Origin: an uncultured Balneolaceae bacterium
GTDB lineage: Bacteria; Bacteroidota; Rhodothermia; Balneolales; Balneolaceae
Length of the DNA: 64,000 bases
Assembly: GCA_964615135.1 (NCBI GenBank)
Contig: CAZTOG010000010.1
Span: 35,161-99,160 of the forward strand
Direction: 5' to 3'
The notes beneath the pieces were generated by a model, which was not told where the DNA came from, searched no databases, and saw only the letters and a list, made by a program, of their open reading frames with translations. Made by a program: the position numbers and the translations under genes. This document shows, piece by piece, positions 59,011-64,000 of the stretch. How positions within the stretch are numbered: position 1 is the first letter of the stretch; every line of letters begins with the position of its first letter.

Positions 59011-60198
59011 TCAATACAAAAAACCAAATAACCAGAGCGGGATTTTATTCTGACTGCCATAGTCAATTTCATCCGCCGCGATATAGGCCAGTGGCACTCC
59101 TGTAATTTGTATGCCTGTTTTTGTAGCGCCGCCAACCTCAAAAGTATAGGTTTGATTTACCATGAAATCACCAAATTTTGAGGAAGTAACCTCATGTTTT
59201 ACTTTTAGTTGATTTAAGAAAAAGGTTTCTCTTAAATTGCCTTTATTTGGTGCTGGATTATTAAAAACATAGAAAAGATTGGGATTTTCCAGGTATATTT
59301 TATCCGGTTTTTGGAGGTAACTGATCCCTTTAGCGCTGCTTCGCAAGAGATTTAAAATATTGCTTCTTTCCAATAAATGGAGTGCTTTGAGAACCGAGTT
59401 TCTTGGACTATCAACCTTATCGGCCAGTGCCTGTATATTTGGGGTATAGGGCACGATCTGACTCAGTACAAAAAGCAGGTTTTTCATTCCCTTTACAGTA
59501 GAGTAGTTCAACGGCTCAACCGCCGGTAAATCCACATCCAATGTAAGTTGCACGGTTTGTTGCAATTTTTGGTGGTAAGATTTTTTATCCGATTTATAAA
59601 AAGGGTAATAACCGTGTTTTAAATAGTCTTTAAAATGTTTTAAAGGTTCGATTAAATCATTGATTTTATCACTTATTCCTTCGTGGTTATCCAAAAGTTC
59701 ATTCAAAGAAACAGGTGCAATGTTTACTCCCAATTCTATTGTTAGATATTCACGGAAGGACATTCCGTATAAATGATAGGAGGTCATTCGTCTGGATAGA
59801 TCGGCCACTCCCTTGTCAATTTTCAAAGCTGAAGAACCCGTTGCAATTATTTTAATATCTGTAAGGTTATCATATAGGTTTTTCAAATCCCTTGACCAGT
59901 ACTGATATTGATGTACTTCGTCTAGGTAAAACACCCGATATCCTTCATCATATAAATCTTCGATTAGCAGTAATAAACGGTTTGATTCGAAATAAAAATC
60001 GTCCAAACTTAAATAGATAGCATTATTAGGATTTTTTTTAAAATGCTGCAATAATAAAGTGGTTTTACCTGAGCCTCTGGCGCCCTTAATCAAAATTAAA
60101 GGCTGAGACCAATCTATATCATTGTATAGATATCGAATAAAATCGGTTTTAATTCCGTTTTTTCTACGGTTTGAAATGTTTAAAAGTCGTTTTTTCAT
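59011..60198 (-). CDS. AAA_14 ATPase with C-terminal DUF4143 (COG1373-type)
   Basis: Walker A GARGSGKTT and Walker B VFYLDEVH. The C-terminal region (...TFEVGGATKTG...IPLWLFGFLY) is typical of the DUF4143 nuclease-like domain. Confidence 0.75.
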   Translation of the reverse strand: MKKRLLNISNRRKNGIKTDFIRYLYNDIDWSQPLILIKGARGSGKTTLLLQHFKKNPNNAIYLSLDDFYFESNRLLLLIEDLYDEGYRVFYLDEVHQYQYWSRDLKNLYDNLTDIKIIATGSSALKIDKGVADLSRRMTSYHLYGMSFREYLTIELGVNIAPVSLNELLDNHEGISDKINDLIEPLKHFKDYLKHGYYPFYKSDKKSYHQKLQQTVQLTLDVDLPAVEPLNYSTVKGMKNLLFVLSQIVPYTPNIQALADKVDSPRNSVLKALHLLERSNILNLLRSSAKGISYLQKPDKIYLENPNLFYVFNNPAPNKGNLRETFFLNQLKVKHEVTSSKFGDFMVNQTYTFEVGGATKTGIQITGVPLAYIAADEIDYGSQNKIPLWLFGFLY

Positions 60199-60353
60199 GG
60201 TACAAACGTAAATTATTCAGTATAAGTGTTAATTTAATAAAGCAAATATACTAAATAGTTTTTAGAAAAAGCAATAATTAAAAATGTTAAATGGAAAAAC
60301 TGTTATAGTTATTTGTTGAATGGTTGATTAGTTGATTGGTTAATCGGTTGTCG

Positions 60354-60387
60354 GTTATCTGTTATCTGTTATCTGTTATCTGTTATC
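60354..60387 (+). repeat. Tandem heptamer repeat (gttatct x 4.9)
   Basis: Four perfect gttatct units plus a partial unit, preceded by degenerate related units (gttgatt, ggttaat, cggttgt) from about 60318. A similar degenerate block lies at 57121-57150. Confidence 0.9.
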
Positions 60388-60402
60388 AGGGTTTTCTCGT
60401 TT

Positions 60403-60470
60403 TTTTCTCGTTCGGATCCGCCGGTGGCGCGGATTCGGAATGGACCCAGGAACCTCTGGTTCCAGTGATG
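60403..60470 (+). repeat. About 68-nt GC-rich repeat, copy 1 (second copy at 62853-62922)
   Basis: ttttctcgttcggatccgccggtggcgcggattcggaatggacccaggaacctctggttccagtgatg is roughly 80% identical by eye to the copy at 62853-62922, in the same orientation. It contains an imperfect palindrome around ccgccggtggcgcgg and a perfect hairpin ggaacc-tct-ggttcc. Confidence 0.8.
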
Positions 60471-60814
60471 GCCTCTCCCGGTTTTGTGCAGGCACGGTTT
60501 AGAGATTAGGGGATTAAGAGAATAGGAGATAGGTTATCCATTATCGGCAAATCAGATACGACTAGGTTGGCGCCCGAATATATAAAATTCATTTCCGTCG
60601 GATTTATCCGACGAACTGATTTTGTGCGTATTGTTATCGGGGCATTAGCCCCATAGTGTATATTCAGATGATATATTTTAATCTTTACTAAATTTTTTCA
60701 TTGTACATCATTTATAACAAATTAATACCTATAAATAAGCCATAATAAAGTTAGTGGATTTGTCCGGTTTACTATTATCTTACGCTTATCCCAATAACTA
60801 AATTTAGATTTGAA

Positions 60815-62026
60815 TTGAATTTTGAGCTATTAAAAAACCGGTGCGAAACGAACAGCCAGATTTCCAACCGCGTAATTGATAATTTTCTAATTTACTATGC
60901 TGCCAATAGCGTTGGCATAGATAAAGAATTTGACCGGAGAGTGCGGCCATATAAGCATATTATTAAAGAGTTTGATCCCGAATGGACGGATATGCTTAAA
61001 ATGCAATATATAGGGCATAGAATATTTAAAGAATCGGGATACATCCACAGATTATTGCAAGGTGAGCAGGTAAAAAATCTGACACCGGATGATCTTTACT
61101 TCCTGCAGCAACAATCGAAAAAGCCGTGGCGTTTTAGTTTTTCGACCATAGTAAAGAGTCCTGCCGCAGACTTTTATGAAATGGAAGATTACCTGACCGG
61201 CGAAACCTATTTACTGTATTCAGAGAGTATCGGCAAAATTCTCGAAGTGCAATCTCCCATTATGTGGTTTAATCTGATTGGGTTTAATGGTGAATGTTGG
61301 CAAAGTTATGGTCCTATTGCCCATTATCAGAGTTTTGGTCCCGATGATATCTTCTTTTTTGCAACGGAGCTGCAACCTGCAATTGAAACGTTAGAGGATT
61401 TGGCAGATAATATCGAGTTAAATCCCGTGCCATATATGATGTTGCTGTATGGCTCTCAGGTACCGGTAATGCAACAAGGGGGTAAGATGGCAATGTTTAT
61501 AAAATCGTACATTGAGGTGCCTGATTTAGATCTAAAAAAACTCGAGGACGAGTTTGTATTGCAAAAAAAGCGACGCATATTGAAGCTAAAAGCGCCTGAA
61601 GTGGATAGTTATCCAGATTTTGCCCGGGCCTATTATAATGCTGCCGACCAGGAAATTGTACTCTCGGCCTCCACCATAGAAGGGTATGATTATTTGGCAG
61701 CAAAAATCGAACGTTGCGGTATTCCGCTGCCCGAATACTACTATATTTATGTACAACCTTCCATGTTTCATACTACAGGGATAATTCTAAAAAAAAAGTT
61801 GGTTTTCGATGAATACGAAGAGTTATTCTTCGAAGAGGATTATCTGGAAGAGGAGGAGGGTGATTTTGAAGATATGAATAAACTGCTCGATTTATTGATA
61901 CCGGCTATCAATGCCGATGAAAAACCGGATTATAAGAAACTGGCAGATCAAACCGGTCTGGACGAGGATATTATAAAAGAAATGGTGGCAATGATTAATG
62001 ATATGCGGTTCAAGGATATGCCATAG
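60815..62026 (+). CDS. Hypothetical protein with acidic C-terminal region, no recognised domain
   Basis: A 403-codon ORF with coding-like composition and an acidic stretch (FDEYEELFFEEDYLEEEEGDFED). The start is a TTG. A TAnnTTTG motif at 60805-60812 sits immediately upstream, so the true start may be a downstream ATG. Confidence 0.45.
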   Translation: MNFELLKNRCETNSQISNRVIDNFLIYYAANSVGIDKEFDRRVRPYKHIIKEFDPEWTDMLKMQYIGHRIFKESGYIHRLLQGEQVKNLTPDDLYFLQQQSKKPWRFSFSTIVKSPAADFYEMEDYLTGETYLLYSESIGKILEVQSPIMWFNLIGFNGECWQSYGPIAHYQSFGPDDIFFFATELQPAIETLEDLADNIELNPVPYMMLLYGSQVPVMQQGGKMAMFIKSYIEVPDLDLKKLEDEFVLQKKRRILKLKAPEVDSYPDFARAYYNAADQEIVLSASTIEGYDYLAAKIERCGIPLPEYYYIYVQPSMFHTTGIILKKKLVFDEYEELFFEEDYLEEEEGDFEDMNKLLDLLIPAINADEKPDYKKLADQTGLDEDIIKEMVAMINDMRFKDMP

Positions 62027-62038
62027 GTAATTTCAGTG

Positions 62039-62629
62039 TTATTTTTGGGCTTCATTGCCGCCTAAAGAGACTCTTATAATTCGCTTAACATGCTTTTCGT
62101 AGGCCATATTTTGGAAATCGAACCACTGCCTGCGATAGTCTGAGTTATGGATAAAGTTATTAAAATGAGAAAAAGGTTTTGGGCGGTTCAGAATATCGAA
62201 AAGTAAGTTCTGAACGTTGGTGTCATCCAATTGTTCGGCAAAATCGGCCATTATTTGATAAGAATCCTGCGAAGAGAGGGGCTCAAAAGCCAAATATCTT
62301 TCCCAGCTTTTGTGACGGGGTAGGGGGTTGCCCTCTTTATCCGTATCGCCGTACCAATCGTAGTTTTCATAATCCTCCGGCAGTTCTTCAATTTCCAAAG
62401 TATCCCGGTTCAGATAGCACGTTATGCGTAAAGAGCCGCTTTGCAATGACCGCGCAATTTCGATCGCTACCTTTTCATACTTTTCGGGCAATGCTGAAAC
62501 AGGCTCTTCCGCTTCAATTTTGGGCAAAATGCTCGTCTGCATAAAATGCGCAATCTTTTCCAGCAGACGTTGGTCATCTTTTATCTTTTGCAAAATAGCC
62601 TGGATATCATCCAATAGTTGTTGTGGCAT
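62039..62629 (-). CDS. Hypothetical protein, possibly UPF0158-like
   Basis: 196 aa. The segment YLNRDTLEIEELPED...RYLAFEPLSSQDSYQIMADFAEQLDD...LFDILNRPKPFSHFNNFIHNSDYRRQWFDF resembles the UPF0158 pattern (an extended start, then an FRRFKD-like motif and W..F). The assignment is from memory only. Confidence 0.4.
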   Translation of the reverse strand: MPQQLLDDIQAILQKIKDDQRLLEKIAHFMQTSILPKIEAEEPVSALPEKYEKVAIEIARSLQSGSLRITCYLNRDTLEIEELPEDYENYDWYGDTDKEGNPLPRHKSWERYLAFEPLSSQDSYQIMADFAEQLDDTNVQNLLFDILNRPKPFSHFNNFIHNSDYRRQWFDFQNMAYEKHVKRIIRVSLGGNEAQK

Positions 62630-62762
62630 AATGGCTGTTTTTTTGAGGAATGAAATGCATTTATCCGAATGTAGGAAATATTTTTCATTGACGAAGGAGA
62701 TTTTTAGTTAGGTGAAATAATTATGAATTATGAATGTGGAGGTATGAGCCTTCTCTAAAGGG

Positions 62763-62817
62763 TCGTCATTGCGAAAAAATACGCAGCGAATACAAGTATC
62801 TTTTTGGCAATCTCCTG
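62763..62817 (+). repeat. 55-nt dispersed repeat, copy 2
   Basis: 51 of 55 positions match the copy at 57170-57224. Confidence 0.85.
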
Positions 62818-62852
62818 ATATAGCAACTAACGCTTTCTGTGTAATCTATTCT

Positions 62853-62922
62853 TTTTCCTCGTTCCGATCCGCCAGTGGCACGTATTCGGAATACTCTCAG
62901 AAACCTCTGGTTCCGGTGTGAT
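62853..62922 (+). repeat. About 70-nt GC-rich repeat, copy 2
   Basis: ttttcctcgttccgatccgccagtggcacgtattcggaatactctcagaaacctctggttccggtgtgat aligns with 60403-60470. Confidence 0.8.
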
Positions 62923-63015
62923 CTAGTTGTAGGAAATTGGAAATGAAAAATATAAAATTATCACTAAAACGTCATCATTGTTGATACGAAAGCTTTGATT
63001 GGAAATCGGAACTGC

Positions 63016-63300
63016 TTATGTACTTTTTCCCGTAAAACGGTAGAGAATATGGTTCTTGAACTTATCAATCTTATTTAGGCACCTACAGAACCGAATTTCC
63101 ATGATTATTCGTTTTTTATTCAACCTTTTGAAGACTTCCTCTTCTGAAAAGGTATTCATTTCCCCTTCTTTCCATGCTTGATATCTGGAATCTGCTTCAT
63201 TTACCCAGTTAGCCATAATATTTTCATTACCATCGGAGACAGTCGGTTCCAAGCTACCCAATAATTTCAACAACAAGGTCAGTCGGTCTTTTTTATCCAA
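63016..63300 (-). pseudogene. Addiction-module antitoxin (TIGR02574-like) fused in frame to the N-terminal remnant of a ParE/RelE-like toxin
   Basis: The first ~66 aa (DKKDRLTLLLKLLGSL...W.NEADSRYQAWKEGEMNTFSEEEVFKRLNKK) fit the putative addiction module component pattern. The ORF then continues through MEIRF...LNKIDKFKNHILY, which looks like a toxin N-terminus, and stops after 28 more codons. TTG start. Confidence 0.4.
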
Positions 63301-63433
63301 CTTTAAAACTTTATTTTGTATGTCGGGAATAGTATGCAGAGTTCATTTTAATAAATAATGAATTGTATTTCAATTTTAATCAAAATTTAGGGTATTCACG
63401 GAAGCCTACGAACACTTCAAACAGTTCAAAAAA
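63301..63433 (+). promoter_or_regulatory. Putative CRISPR leader (if the array is transcribed on the + strand)
   Basis: A 133-nt AT-rich non-coding stretch directly abuts a perfect first repeat and contains a partial repeat-like atttcaatt. Orientation is not proven. Confidence 0.3.
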
Positions 63434-64000
63434 ATTTCAATTCCTTTCTGGTACGATTAAGAGGGTTTCGGTTCAGCACAATACTTATACCGCCAAAAAA
63501 TTTCAATTCCTTTCTGGTACGATTAAGAGATAAATTGCTCGTATCTTTTCGCATAATACGCTTCCATTTCAATTCCTTTCTGGTACGATTAAGAGCGTTT
63601 TTTGCGGCTAATTCATCCCGGATTAAATACCATTTCAATTCCTTTCTGGTACGATTAAGAGGCCTGGATGCCCTGGCAACGGCTTATATCTTAATAATTT
63701 CAATTCCTTTCTGGTACGATTAAGAGGGTTTTAAAACCAGAAGGCACTTGTTTTGTGAATTATTTCAATTCCTTTCTGGTACGATTAAGAGTGAGGCTAT
63801 TTAAGTTTATTAATAATGTAACATCTATTTCAATTCCTTTCTGGTACGATTAAGAGAAAATTCTCCTCGGGATATGCATATTTAACCATTTCATTTCAAT
63901 TCCTTTCTGGTACGATTAAGAGCTCATATTCTGCCCGACATCAGTACTATTTATCTCAATTTCAATTCCTTTCTGGTACGATTAAGAGATTGTAAAAGTT
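63434..64000. CRISPR. CRISPR array with at least 9 identical 30-nt repeats and 35-36-nt spacers, continuing beyond the window
   Basis: The repeat ATTTCAATTCCTTTCTGGTACGATTAAGAG starts at 63434, 63500, 63566, 63632, 63697, 63762, 63827, 63893 and 63959. Eight complete unique spacers are 36, 36, 36, 35, 35, 35, 36 and 36 nt long. A partial ninth spacer reaches the window end. Confidence 0.97.

Noticed and set aside
60414-60470. Possible tRNA or tRNA fragment, suggested by ggattcgga and the ggaacc-tct-ggttcc hairpin. It would have marked an integration site.
   Set aside because: I could not draw a cloverleaf: there is no acceptor stem, no D-arm and no T-loop GTTCRANYC consensus. The loop of the hairpin is only 3 nt. 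A second diverged copy at 62853-62922 shows it is a dispersed repeat.
63426-63723. ORFs 63426..63638 (-) and 63535..63723 (+) from the six-frame track
   Set aside because: They are artefacts of translating the CRISPR array. Their peptides are periodic (NRTRKELKF / FNSFLVRLR every 22 codons) because the 30-nt repeat is read repeatedly.

Overview
A 64 kb chromosomal segment that looks like Bacteroidota. The evidence is TAnnTTTG-type -7 promoter motifs, many lipobox lipoproteins, TonB-dependent receptors with N-terminal carboxypeptidase-regulatory-like domains, tight gene packing, and TTG/GTG starts on conserved genes.

Positions 1-57.1 kb are mostly core metabolism and housekeeping:
- a ynbA/ynbB-like phospholipid operon
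- a HigBA-like toxin-antitoxin (TA) pair
- paaABCD plus paaG
- pheA
- a complete cyanophycin cluster (iaaA, cphB, cphA)
- a D-amino-acid oxidase
- xseA, tsaB, accD, obg and dprA
- a phosphosugar mutase
- tesA/ybbA/ybbP
- grpE-dnaJ
- an AraC-linked TonB receptor locus
- prfA, pckA, aguB-aguA, gatB and tpiA
- a LuxE/LuxC-like pair

From about 57.1 kb to the window end the character changes to an accessory or defence-type island. It has long non-coding spacers built from shared repeat modules. These modules are heptamer tandem repeats, a 55-nt repeat and GC-rich palindromic units. The island genes are:
- an overlapping Panacea(DUF4065)-Fic gene pair
- an AAA_14/DUF4143 ATPase
- a convergent pair of uncharacterised genes bracketed by direct ~70-nt repeats
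- an antitoxin fused to a toxin remnant
- a CRISPR array (30-nt repeat, 35-36-nt spacers, at least 9 repeats) that runs off the window with no cas genes on the visible side

The best candidates for something undescribed lie in this island. All functional calls come from motif and family recognition by eye. No database search was run.
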